Positions 19,380-28,719 of a stretch of 64,000 nucleotides of DNA are shown here, one piece after another. The stretch spans positions 576,001-640,000 of the forward strand of contig OY759729.1 in NCBI GenBank assembly GCA_963662585.1, given 5' to 3'. The DNA is from Candidatus Cloacimonadales bacterium. GTDB taxonomy: Bacteria > Cloacimonadota > Cloacimonadia > Cloacimonadales > JAFGVF01. The position numbers and the translations under genes were made by a program. Under the pieces are notes generated by a model. That model did not search any database. It was not told where the DNA came from and saw nothing but the letters and a program-made list of their open reading frames with translations. Numbering within the stretch: the stretch's first letter is position 1; each line of letters starts with the position of its first letter.

Positions 19380-20042
19380 TTATATCTCCCTTACTTGATT
19401 TGGAAGCTCATTAGTATCATCCTCTTTGACTGGAAAGTTTTTTGCAAGAACTTGACCAATTTCAGTAATTACCTTAACTAATTCACTACCAAAGTTATTG
19501 CCTTTTATTCCATTAATAATTCTATCTACTTGCTTTTGCCATGATTGATTAGAATAAACTTCAGCTATTCCTGTATCAGCTAAAATAAGCACTTTTTTCT
19601 CTAAATTAGAGATAAATATTAAGACTCCTGTTCTATCACGAGTTTTACTTACCCCATATTCCATAAAGCTAAGTTGAGCTTTTTCTTTAACTTTAGCTTC
19701 TTTGACTGACTTAGGAATAATTAATCTATCAATAAAAGGGATATTGGCTAGAAAATAGAAGAGAGTGATTATCACAAATGCACCTAAACCAATCACTGAA
19801 GTTGTGATTATTTTAGACTCACTCCAAAATCTACTCATAATGAGATCATCTATTTTTGAGAAATAAATTAGTGAGAGAACCATGAATAATAGTCCTACAA
19901 TAACAGCAAAAGTCAGTTCATAAACAGCATAATCACTACTCTGTTTAGCAACAACTACTGCAATCTCTCCTGAAGTATTCTTCTCTGCCTTAGCCACAGC
20001 CTCAGCAATTAAATCTTTTTCTTTCTTTGATAATTTTGCCAT
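19380..20042 (-). CDS. TPM domain membrane protein (LemA operon)
   Basis: AEKNTSGEI, TRDRTGVLIFIS...ADTGI and DDTNELPN motifs. Confidence 0.9.
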   Translation of the reverse strand: MAKLSKKEKDLIAEAVAKAEKNTSGEIAVVVAKQSSDYAVYELTFAVIVGLLFMVLSLIYFSKIDDLIMSRFWSESKIITTSVIGLGAFVIITLFYFLANIPFIDRLIIPKSVKEAKVKEKAQLSFMEYGVSKTRDRTGVLIFISNLEKKVLILADTGIAEVYSNQSWQKQVDRIINGIKGNNFGSELVKVITEIGQVLAKNFPVKEDDTNELPNQVREI

Positions 20043-20046
20043 AAGC

Positions 20047-20652
20047 TTAGTTACTCATATCTATTTTTGGAGCTTTACTAGCACCTTCATCAGCACTGAA
20101 ATAAGCCTTAGGTGAGAAACCAAAATTGTTAGCAAAGATTACTTGAGGGAAACGCTTGATATAAGTGTTAAAGTCTTGAGCTGAAAGATTAAATCTTCTT
20201 CTCTCTGTAGAAATTCTATTTTCTGTACCAGCTAACTCATTTTGAAGTTGAAGGAATGATTCATTTGCTTTAAGATTAGGATAATTTTCTGTTAGCATCA
20301 TTAATCTTTGTAAAGAACCACCTAAAGTAGCTTGTGCTTTTTGAAATCTTTCAATAGCTTGTGGGTCATTTAAGTCTTCTGAGCTAAGTTGCATTACACC
20401 ACCGACCTTAGAACGAGCTTCTGTAACAGCAGATAAAGTCTCTTTCTCATGGGCTGCATAACCTTTAACTATTTCTACTAAATTAGGAATTAAATCCATT
20501 CTTCTCTGATAAACATTTTCAACTTGTGACCAACTTGCAATCACGCCCTGCTCTTTTTCAACCATACTGTTGTAAATTCCTCGAGTATAACTAAAACCTA
20601 TAAACACAACTAAACCTAACACCACTAATGTAATTATTAAACCTTTTTTCAT
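20047..20652 (-). CDS. lemA: LemA family protein
   Basis: QRRMDLIPNLV..VKGYAAHE, ENYPNLKAN and ELAGTENRI motifs; start moved to ATG 20652 after AAGGAG. Confidence 0.95.
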   Translation of the reverse strand: MKKGLIITLVVLGLVVFIGFSYTRGIYNSMVEKEQGVIASWSQVENVYQRRMDLIPNLVEIVKGYAAHEKETLSAVTEARSKVGGVMQLSSEDLNDPQAIERFQKAQATLGGSLQRLMMLTENYPNLKANESFLQLQNELAGTENRISTERRRFNLSAQDFNTYIKRFPQVIFANNFGFSPKAYFSADEGASKAPKIDMSN

Positions 20653-20724
20653 TGATTTCTCCTTTTTTTTTTTAAATCTAAAGATTATTTGATTTGTATC
20701 AACTATTTTAGTCAAGCTAAACAA

Positions 20725-22209
20725 TTAATATTTTATTCCATGCTTTTTGCATATCATTTTGGCACTAATCCTACCTGATTCATAAATCGTTGGTAAGCCA
20801 CTTCCTGGATGCGTTCCTCCACCCACTAAGAAGCAATTATCCAACTCTTCAAATTTATTATGAGGTCGGAAATAAAGCATCTGATTAATACTATGACCAA
20901 GATTAAAAGTAGCTCCTAGAAAGACATTATAATCGCTTTTCCAGTCTTCAGGAGTAATCACCTTTTCAACTTTTATATGTTCTTCTATATCAGATAAAGC
21001 TACTTTTTCTTTCAACACTTTCATCACTTTTTCTCTATATTCAGGACCAAAAGTCTGCCAATTAATACCGCTTTTAAGATTAGTTATCGGCACTAATACA
21101 TAAAGAGTACTATGACCCTCTGGGGCTAAAGTTGGGTCTGTAATCGAGGCATTTTGCACATAGACTGAGAAATCCTCTCCAACTCTTCGATAAACACTTA
21201 TATCATCAATATTAGCCTTATAATCATCAGCAAAATAGATACTGTGATGAGGTAAATCATATTTTTTATCTAAGCCAAGATATAACATAAAGGTAGAACA
21301 AGAATACTCCTTCCCCTTTAATTTTTGAGGAGACCACTTCTTCGACTCTTTATAAAGATTTGAGAAAGAATAAGCAAAATCTGAATTTATTATCACATCT
21401 TCTGAATAGATCTTTTCGCAATTTTCTAAAACTACCCCCAAAACCTCTCCGAAATTTGTAATTAGTTCTTTAACTGCTGTATTATAGACTATTGTTCCCC
21501 CTTCCTCAGCAAATACTTTAGCCATAGCTTCAGAGATTTTATTCAATCCACCCTTAACATGATAGATTCCATACTCATGTTCAATATAAGGAACCATGGT
21601 GAATAGAGCAGGACAGCTCCACGGGGACATTCCTAAGTACTTAGCTTGGAAAGTAAAGGCTATCTTCAAATCTTCTGATTGATAATAAGAGCCTAAGGCT
21701 TGATGCATGGTCTTATGAAGTTGAAGATAAGGAAAAGCATAGAGAATATCAGCTTCAACCATTCTTTGCGGATAAGAGTAATCTTTCTTGAGGCAAGGAT
21801 AAAGCCTGCGATAACGCTCCTTTTCATACTCCATCAATCTATCATATCCTTCTGATTCTCCTGGGAAGTATTTTTCTATCTCCTCTTTCATCAAAGTTTT
21901 ATCCTTATAATGAACCATTGTTTTATCTTTAAAAATTAAGGTATAGAGAGGTTCTAAGTCATAAAATTCTAAATAGTCATTGATATCCCGACCTGTTTCG
22001 CTAAATATCTCATCCAAAAAGTATTTCATCATTAGAAAAGTAGGACCTGTATCAAAGCGGTAATCACCTAATTCAATTGCTTGATTTCTTCCTCCTGGTT
22101 TGGAGTCTTTTTCATAGATAGTTACTTCAAATCCTCTCTTTTGTAATAAGATCCCAGCAGTCAAACCACCTGGTCCTGCCCCGATTATAGTAATTTTTGG
22201 ACGCATCAC
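20725..22209 (-). CDS. crtI: Phytoene/diapophytoene desaturase family (CrtI/CrtN) flavoprotein
   Basis: GAGPGG FAD motif, FDTGPTF, DPTLAPEG and VGGGTHPGSGLPTIYESG. Confidence 0.85.
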   Translation of the reverse strand: MMRPKITIIGAGPGGLTAGILLQKRGFEVTIYEKDSKPGGRNQAIELGDYRFDTGPTFLMMKYFLDEIFSETGRDINDYLEFYDLEPLYTLIFKDKTMVHYKDKTLMKEEIEKYFPGESEGYDRLMEYEKERYRRLYPCLKKDYSYPQRMVEADILYAFPYLQLHKTMHQALGSYYQSEDLKIAFTFQAKYLGMSPWSCPALFTMVPYIEHEYGIYHVKGGLNKISEAMAKVFAEEGGTIVYNTAVKELITNFGEVLGVVLENCEKIYSEDVIINSDFAYSFSNLYKESKKWSPQKLKGKEYSCSTFMLYLGLDKKYDLPHHSIYFADDYKANIDDISVYRRVGEDFSVYVQNASITDPTLAPEGHSTLYVLVPITNLKSGINWQTFGPEYREKVMKVLKEKVALSDIEEHIKVEKVITPEDWKSDYNVFLGATFNLGHSINQMLYFRPHNKFEELDNCFLVGGGTHPGSGLPTIYESGRISAKMICKKHGIKY

Positions 22210-22589
22210 TCCTCCATTATAATTTTTAATTTTCAGACAATATAATTAATATAGTTGATAATACAAAATTTTCTTTGCTTACTCCTGTCCACTTTTTGAA
22301 ATAATTCGAAAATCACTTCTTATAATTCTCCAAAATTTCCTCAAAGTTATTGCTTTATATTTTCAAAATTATATATTTCTCATCTATAAAGTGCTTGAAG
22401 TATTTCTTCTAAAATCCTACTAACCAAATAGCTAAAAACATTAAAAAAATTAATTATTATTTTCATTTGACAAGAATGCTAATTCTATAATTTTTAATAT
22501 CATAGATTAAGAAACTAAAGAAATAGAAAATATAAATAATGTTATTTAAACCATTGATTTTAATAACTTTAACATAATTGGGAGATAGG

Positions 22590-24674
22590 ATGATTAAAGC
22601 CGTTTTGAAACGAACTGGACAACTAGTAGCTTTTGATAAAGATAAGATAAAGAAGGCAATTCTAAGGGCAGGATTAGCTACTTCAGAATTTGGAGATGAT
22701 ACTGCCGAACAACTCACTATGAAAGTTGTAAATTTAATTTTACAGCTCCATAATGAGAAAATAATTACTATTGAGAAAATTCAAGATATCGTAGAAGAAA
22801 TTCTCCTATCTTCTACTTTTAAAAAGACAGCTAAAAGCTACATTATCTATCGTGATCAGCATGCCAAGATTAGAGAGATTGTCTCTAAATCAAATGTCGA
22901 TCTTATTGACCAATATCTAAAGAAATTAGATTGGCAAGTGAATGAAAATAGTAATATGGCCTACTCTTTACAAGGACTCAATAATTACATTGCTTCAGAA
23001 GTAAGCAAAACTTATTGGTTAAACAAAATTTACCCTTCAGAGATTAAAGAAAATCATTCTGGTGGAGATATTCATGTTCATGACCTTGGTCTTCTCTCAG
23101 TCTATTGCGTTGGTTGGGATTTATACAATCTTATAAAAGTTGGTTTTACCGGAGCTGTTGGTAAAATTGAAAGCAAACCTGCTAAGCACTTTAGATCTGC
23201 CTTGGGACAAATAGTAAATTTCTTCTATACTCTTCAAGGTGAAGCTGCTGGTGCTCAAGCATTCTCAAGTTTTGATACCCTACTTGCTCCCTTCATTAAA
23301 TACGATAAGCTTGACTATAAAGAAGTTAAACAGGCTATGCAAGAGTTTATCTTCAATATTAATGTACCTACCAGAGTCGGATTTCAAACACCTTTTACCA
23401 ATATCACTATGGACTTAATTCCTCCTAAAATTTACCGTGACCAAAATGTTATCATTGGTGGAGAATTAATGGATGAAACCTATGCTGATTTCCCTCAAGA
23501 AATGATTATGATTAATCGTGCCTTCTTGGAAATCATGACTGAAGGTGATGCTAAAGGTAGAGTTTTCTCCTTCCCTATCCCAACTTATAATATTACTGAA
23601 GATTTCGATTGGGATAATCCCGACTTAGATCTTCTCTGGGAAGCAACAGGTAAATACGGCATTCCCTACTTCTCTAACTTCGTGAACTCTGATATGAGCC
23701 CTGAAGATGCTCGTTCTATGTGCTGTAGGCTTCGCTTGGATACTAGGAAACTAGAAGCTAGAGGTGGTGGACTCTTCGGTGCAAACCCCCTCACTGGCTC
23801 AATAGGCGTGGTTACCATCAATCTACCACGAATCGCTTACTTAGCTAAAACTAAAGATGAATTCTATTCTAGATTAAAAGAGAAAATGGATTTAGCTAAA
23901 AAGAGTTTAGAAATTAAAAGGAAAGTTCTAGAATCTTTTACCGATTCCAATCTCTACCCTTACACAAGTTTCTATCTTCAAGATATTAAGCAACGCTTTA
24001 ATCAGTATTGGAAGAACCACTTCTCAACAATCGGCTTAATAGGTATGAATGAAGTCTGCCTCAACTTCTTAGGACAAGATATTACCTCCAAAGAGGGCTC
24101 AGAATTAGCTCTAGAAATTATGGATTTCATGAGAGATAAACTTATTGAATATCAAGAAGAAACAGGTAATAATTATAACTTAGAAGCTACTCCAGCTGAA
24201 GGTACTACCTATAGATTAGCCAGACTTGATAGAAAGAAATTCCCCGAAATTATCGTTGCTAATAATGACCCATATTCTGACAAACCTTTCTATACTAACT
24301 CATCTCAGTTACCTGTTAACTTCACTGATGATGTCTTTGAAGCCTTAGATTTGCAAGACCAGCTCCAAACAAAATACACAGGTGGTACTGTACTCCATAT
24401 CTTTGGTGGTGAAAGAATTAACAATATTCAATCTGTTAAGAATCTAGTAAGAAAAGTATGTACTAATTATCACTTACCTTACTTCACCTTCTCACCTACT
24501 TTCTCAATTTGCCCTACTCATGGCTATATTAAAGGAGAAGAAAATCGCTGTCCTATCTGCCAAACCGAAACTGAGATTTACTCCCGAGTTGTAGGATATC
24601 TTAGACCTGTCCAACAATGGAATGAAGGTAAACAAGAAGAATTTAAAATGAGAAAAACTTTCAATGTTGGCTAG
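22590..24674 (+). CDS. nrdD: Anaerobic (class III) ribonucleoside-triphosphate reductase with ATP cone
   Basis: N-terminal ATP cone (VLKRTG..VAFDKDKI), SMCCRL, EATPAEG, Zn-site CPTHG..CPIC, glycyl-radical YSRVVGYLRP; ATG 22590 after GGAG. Confidence 0.96.
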   Translation: MIKAVLKRTGQLVAFDKDKIKKAILRAGLATSEFGDDTAEQLTMKVVNLILQLHNEKIITIEKIQDIVEEILLSSTFKKTAKSYIIYRDQHAKIREIVSKSNVDLIDQYLKKLDWQVNENSNMAYSLQGLNNYIASEVSKTYWLNKIYPSEIKENHSGGDIHVHDLGLLSVYCVGWDLYNLIKVGFTGAVGKIESKPAKHFRSALGQIVNFFYTLQGEAAGAQAFSSFDTLLAPFIKYDKLDYKEVKQAMQEFIFNINVPTRVGFQTPFTNITMDLIPPKIYRDQNVIIGGELMDETYADFPQEMIMINRAFLEIMTEGDAKGRVFSFPIPTYNITEDFDWDNPDLDLLWEATGKYGIPYFSNFVNSDMSPEDARSMCCRLRLDTRKLEARGGGLFGANPLTGSIGVVTINLPRIAYLAKTKDEFYSRLKEKMDLAKKSLEIKRKVLESFTDSNLYPYTSFYLQDIKQRFNQYWKNHFSTIGLIGMNEVCLNFLGQDITSKEGSELALEIMDFMRDKLIEYQEETGNNYNLEATPAEGTTYRLARLDRKKFPEIIVANNDPYSDKPFYTNSSQLPVNFTDDVFEALDLQDQLQTKYTGGTVLHIFGGERINNIQSVKNLVRKVCTNYHLPYFTFSPTFSICPTHGYIKGEENRCPICQTETEIYSRVVGYLRPVQQWNEGKQEEFKMRKTFNVG

Positions 24675-24706
24675 ACAACCTATTTAAACAGCTTAGATTA
24701 TACTAT

Positions 24707-24735
24707 TCCCCCTTCGTTAAAGAGGGGGATTTTTT
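24707..24735 (+). terminator. Rho-independent terminator after nrdD
   Basis: TCCCCCT...AGGGGGA followed by TTTTTT. Confidence 0.75.
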
Positions 24736-24752
24736 ATGCAATCTGACCAAAT

Positions 24753-25136
24753 CTCTTCTGCCGGATTGCATGCACCTTGCATGCGAAAAACCTTATAAAA
24801 ATCTAATGTTATCTTAATGTCTAATGTGGAAGCAGAGACGCTTCCACTCCATAATTTCTACAGTCTGGAGAGACTGCCAATAACTGGGATTGCGGGATTC
24901 CAGCCCGCGTCCAGCACTTAGGTGCTGGACTACTTAAGATTACCCAGCATTTCATGCTAGGTGCAGGCAAAATGCCTTCCATTCCATAGAAGAAACACCC
25001 CGTCTGCTTCGCAGCCACCCCTCTTTTAGCGTGCTTTCAGCACTAAAGAGGGGAGTTTAAGAGAATTAGATCTAAATTATAAATAAGTAAAGACTTCTTC
25101 TGCAGGATTGCATGCACCTTGCATGCGAAAAACCTT
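24753..25136. repeat. REP/BIME-like palindromic mosaic 4 bounded by a 41-bp direct repeat
   Basis: TCTTCTGC(C/A)GGATTGCATGCACCTTGCATGCGAAAAACCTT at 24754 and 25096; the interior has GGAAGCAGAGACGCTTCC, GCGGGATTCCAGCCCGC and ACACCCCGTCTGCTTCGCAGCCACCCCTC..GAGGGGAG modules. Confidence 0.85.
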
Positions 25137-25252
25137 TCGTGATTTAACCTTCCACCTCAATATTAATGCTCTTCTTCTGCTCCTTCTCAATCAACTAGTT
25201 CTTTTTTGATTTTTTATTGAGACATCATTAATGGAGCAGAGGAAGTGCATTA

Positions 25253-25287
25253 AAACATAAGGCGTATTTGATATACGCCTTATGTTT
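25253..25287. terminator. Hairpin terminator downstream of the ABC permease (possibly bidirectional)
   Basis: 15-bp perfect stem AAACATAAGGCGTAT / ATACGCCTTATGTTT. Confidence 0.75.
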
Positions 25288-25334
25288 ATTTTAACTTATT
25301 AGGTAATTTTAACATCCCTAGCTTAAAATATTAC

Positions 25335-26549
25335 TTATTCATACCTAAGAGCATCTATGAGATTAAGGTTTGCCGCTTTTCTAGCTGGATACCAGCCGAA
25401 GAATATACCGATAATAGCAGAGAAGCTAAAGGATAGAAGCACTGACCAGCTTGTGATTTCCACACTCCAATTCATCATATTCCCCACTACTTTGGCGACA
25501 ACGGAACCGAGAATAATCCCGATAATACCTCCCAAGCCACTAAGAAAAATAGCTTCAAAAATGAATTGTCTTAGAACATCTTTCTTTTTTGCACCTACAG
25601 CCATTCTTAAGCCAATTTCCTTGATTCTTTCTGTAACAGAGACAAGCATAATATTCATGATACCAATACCACCTACTATTAGCGAAATACCAGCAATACT
25701 GGATAAAAGCAAGGTGATAGTTGAAGAAACATTATTAGCCATATCAGCTAGATCTGTTTGAGAATTTACAATAAAACTATCTTCAGAAAGAGTCTTATTC
25801 TTGAGCAGAAGAAGTTGTAAAATTTCATTTTTAACAATAGGTATCATCTCTTTAGAAATAGCAGAGACATTAATAGCGATTTGCGGTTCTCTCCAGCCTC
25901 GAAGTCTGGCAAGTACAGTGGTATAAGGTATCAAAACAACATCATCTAAATCTCCACCAACAGCACTTTGTCCTTTTTCTGATAAGATACCTACAATTTC
26001 CATAGGAACATTTCTGATAGTAATTCTTTGTCCAACAGCTCCCCCATCAGGGAAGAGATAATCAGACACAGTTTTACCTAGAACCATTACTTTAGCTCCT
26101 GACTGGATTTGAGTTGAAGAAAAGAATTGTCCTTCAGAAACATCATAATTTCTGATGAAAAAATATTCTGAATTAACACCATAGACTGCTGTTCTCCAAT
26201 TTTTAGAACCCGCTCTAAGTCTACCATAAGTTGTAACTACTGGAGAAATATAATTTACACCTTGAACTTGGTTTCTAATAGACTCGATATCAGCAAGTTT
26301 TATCGAGTTTCCTGAACCAGCTTCTTGTCTAACTGCAGTTCTTGAACTATAGTTAGAAATCACAGTAATAACATTAGTTCCCATACTAGCTATCTCAGAA
26401 TCTACTAATTTCTTAGCACCTTCACCAATTGCCAACATAGTTATGACAGCACCAACACCAATTATAATACCTAACATAGTCAAGAGTGATCTAACTTTAT
26501 TTTTAATTAGTGATTTCATTGCCACTGAGAGAATTTCAAAGATAAGCAT
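25335..26549 (-). CDS. MacB/FtsX-family ABC transporter permease
   Basis: RSLLTMLGIIIGVGAV, GGIGIMNIMLVSVTERIKEIG and FFGWYPARKAA..ALRYE motifs. Confidence 0.95.
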   Translation of the reverse strand: MLIFEILSVAMKSLIKNKVRSLLTMLGIIIGVGAVITMLAIGEGAKKLVDSEIASMGTNVITVISNYSSRTAVRQEAGSGNSIKLADIESIRNQVQGVNYISPVVTTYGRLRAGSKNWRTAVYGVNSEYFFIRNYDVSEGQFFSSTQIQSGAKVMVLGKTVSDYLFPDGGAVGQRITIRNVPMEIVGILSEKGQSAVGGDLDDVVLIPYTTVLARLRGWREPQIAINVSAISKEMIPIVKNEILQLLLLKNKTLSEDSFIVNSQTDLADMANNVSSTITLLLSSIAGISLIVGGIGIMNIMLVSVTERIKEIGLRMAVGAKKKDVLRQFIFEAIFLSGLGGIIGIILGSVVAKVVGNMMNWSVEITSWSVLLSFSFSAIIGIFFGWYPARKAANLNLIDALRYE

Positions 26550-27301
26550 TAAGCTTCCTCCTCTTCTGCTTGAGGAAGCATCTTTATAGCCTCCATTGCG
26601 CTGAGAACTTTCTCATTCTTACAATCTTTTATTATCTTCCCATCCGAGAAAGTAATAATTCTTTCTGTAAATTGAGCAATTTCAGGCTCGTGAGTAACAA
26701 TTATGATAGTAATTCCCTTACGATGTAGTTCTTGAAAAACATTCATAATTTCTAAAGAAGTTCTAGAATCAAGATTTCCTGTTGGTTCATCAGCAAAGAG
26801 GATTACCGGATTATTAACAATAGCCCGAGCAATAGCAACTCTTTGTTGCTGTCCACCAGATAATTGATTTGGGTAATGATGCAATCTTTTACTCATTTGC
26901 ACAGTATTTAGAGCATCATTAGCCATAGTGATTCTTTCTTTTCTCTTAAGTTCTTTTCTATAGAGAAGAGGTAATTCTACATTCTCAAGAGCAGAAGTTC
27001 TAGAAAGAAGAAAGAAGGATTGAAAAACAAAACCTATCTTTTGATTTCTAATTTCTGCTAAATCATCTTGAGGAATATCTTCAATCTTGACATCATCTAA
27101 TTTATAGCTTCCTGAAGTTGGTTTATCAAGACAGCCAAGAATATTCATTAAGGTAGTTTTTCCTGAACCACTCATTCCCATGATTGATACAAATTCTCCC
27201 TTTTTAACAGACAGGTTAATACTTCTTAAAGCATGAACTTCAATATCTCCCATGATATAAGTTTTGGTCAAATCATTGACTTCGATTAAGTTGTTAGACA
27301 T
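26549..27301 (-). CDS. ABC transporter ATP-binding protein (MacB/LolD family)
   Basis: Walker A GMSGSGKT, signature [18 protein letters not shown]. Confidence 0.96.
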   Translation of the reverse strand: MSNNLIEVNDLTKTYIMGDIEVHALRSINLSVKKGEFVSIMGMSGSGKTTLMNILGCLDKPTSGSYKLDDVKIEDIPQDDLAEIRNQKIGFVFQSFFLLSRTSALENVELPLLYRKELKRKERITMANDALNTVQMSKRLHHYPNQLSGGQQQRVAIARAIVNNPVILFADEPTGNLDSRTSLEIMNVFQELHRKGITIIIVTHEPEIAQFTERIITFSDGKIIKDCKNEKVLSAMEAIKMLPQAEEEEA

Positions 27302-27310
27302 GTTTTTTCC

Positions 27311-28564
27311 TTAGAATCTTCTTGGTTGCATACCAGTAGAAAAGGCACTAGCACTATTACCTGTACTTTTAACATAATTAATACCAATAATTACTTGAGC
27401 ATCTTCTTCAAGACCTGAAAGAACCTCAATAAAAGTTCCGTCAGATTCTCCAACTTGGATATTAACTTGCTGTGGCATACCATCTGCTAAAACCCAAATT
27501 TGAGCATTTCTAGCCTTAGCTTGAGTCTGACCTTCCTGAGGACGCTCTCTTCTTCTTCCTTGACCACGCTGGCTTCCTGGGGTATTAGCTTGGGAACTTG
27601 CAGGAACTGTAACTATTTTTGAATAATCTAAGCCCATTGATTCCCAAATCTCTTGAGTAGGTTTGAACTGCATTGCTCTTTCTTGGATAGCTATAACATT
27701 AGGATTTTGTGATATGATAATTTCTAAGTTAGCTGTCATTCCAGGTAAAAGTATACTTTCAGGATTCTTGATAGAAATTATGACAGGATATGTAACTACA
27801 TTCTGCTCTGATGAAGGATTTAATCTCACTTGACTAATAACTCCATGAAATCTCTTTTGCGTGAAAGCATCTACTGTGAATCTTACCTCTAAACCTTCTT
27901 TGACCTTACCGATATCAGCTTCATCAATGTAAGCCTCTATCTGCATTTCTTCTAATTTATTAGCGATTATGAAGAGGGTAGGAGCATTTAGACTAGCTGC
28001 AACTGTCTGACCTTCATCAACACTTCGAGAAGTAACCACGCCATCAATTGGTGAATAGATATAAGCATTATTAAGATTCTTTTGAGCTCTTTGAACTGAG
28101 AATTCAGATTTGGCTAAGTTCTCCACTGATAAATTATATGTGTATTGAGCTTGTTTGAGTTCGAACTCTGAAATCATCTCTTGCTCAAAGAGTTCTTGTT
28201 TGTTTTCTAAATCATCTAAATTATTTTCCACAGTTAATCTATTTCTATTTCTGTCGATTTTAGCTTCTTCAAGAGACATTTCTAAAGTTTCAGTGTCTAA
28301 TTTAGCTAATAATTCACCTTTTTTAACAGGATCATTGAAGTCTTTATATAGTTTTTCGATTTTACCAGAAACTTCTGTACCGATATTTACTTTAGTGATT
28401 GGATTTACTGTACCAATGGAAGTTATTGTCTGAGTGATTGTTGTTCTTTGAGCCTGATAAATTCTCCAATCTGGAGCGTTCTTCTTCTCCTTGAATTTCC
28501 AATAAGCTACTCCGCTCAAGGCAATGATGATTAATACTACAGCTATACTTGCTACTTTTTTCAT
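27311..28564 (-). CDS. MacA-like periplasmic adaptor (membrane fusion protein)
   Basis: N-terminal TM, GTEVSGKI..VKKGELLA lipoyl half-motifs, IYSPIDGVV and GQTVAAS. Confidence 0.93.
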   Translation of the reverse strand: MKKVASIAVVLIIIALSGVAYWKFKEKKNAPDWRIYQAQRTTITQTITSIGTVNPITKVNIGTEVSGKIEKLYKDFNDPVKKGELLAKLDTETLEMSLEEAKIDRNRNRLTVENNLDDLENKQELFEQEMISEFELKQAQYTYNLSVENLAKSEFSVQRAQKNLNNAYIYSPIDGVVTSRSVDEGQTVAASLNAPTLFIIANKLEEMQIEAYIDEADIGKVKEGLEVRFTVDAFTQKRFHGVISQVRLNPSSEQNVVTYPVIISIKNPESILLPGMTANLEIIISQNPNVIAIQERAMQFKPTQEIWESMGLDYSKIVTVPASSQANTPGSQRGQGRRRERPQEGQTQAKARNAQIWVLADGMPQQVNIQVGESDGTFIEVLSGLEEDAQVIIGINYVKSTGNSASAFSTGMQPRRF

Positions 28565-28625
28565 AAAATCCTCTATTTTTTATTATTTATTCTGTTTTTG
28601 ATGTGGGAAAAAAGCTCTATCTCTA

Positions 28626-28655
28626 TTAAGACTACTAAGGAAATGAAATCCTGCA
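28626..28655 (-). promoter_or_regulatory. Putative ECF-sigma promoter TGCAGG-N16-AGTCTTAA
   Basis: Same bipartite motif and spacing as at 42590-42619; about 60 nt upstream of the adaptor start codon. Confidence 0.55.
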
Positions 28656-28719
28656 ATGTTTTTTTCTTTTTTTTGGGAGAAGTGAGGCTTAATAACAAGC
28701 TCAGTTAAGATAAGAAAAC

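Noticed and set aside
22467..22491. TTGACA...TATAAT upstream of nrdD as a sigma70 promoter
   Set aside because: Spacer is only 13 nt; no convincing NrdR box seen either
24821..25018. 65-aa ORF from the track
   Set aside because: Translation of palindromic repeat modules
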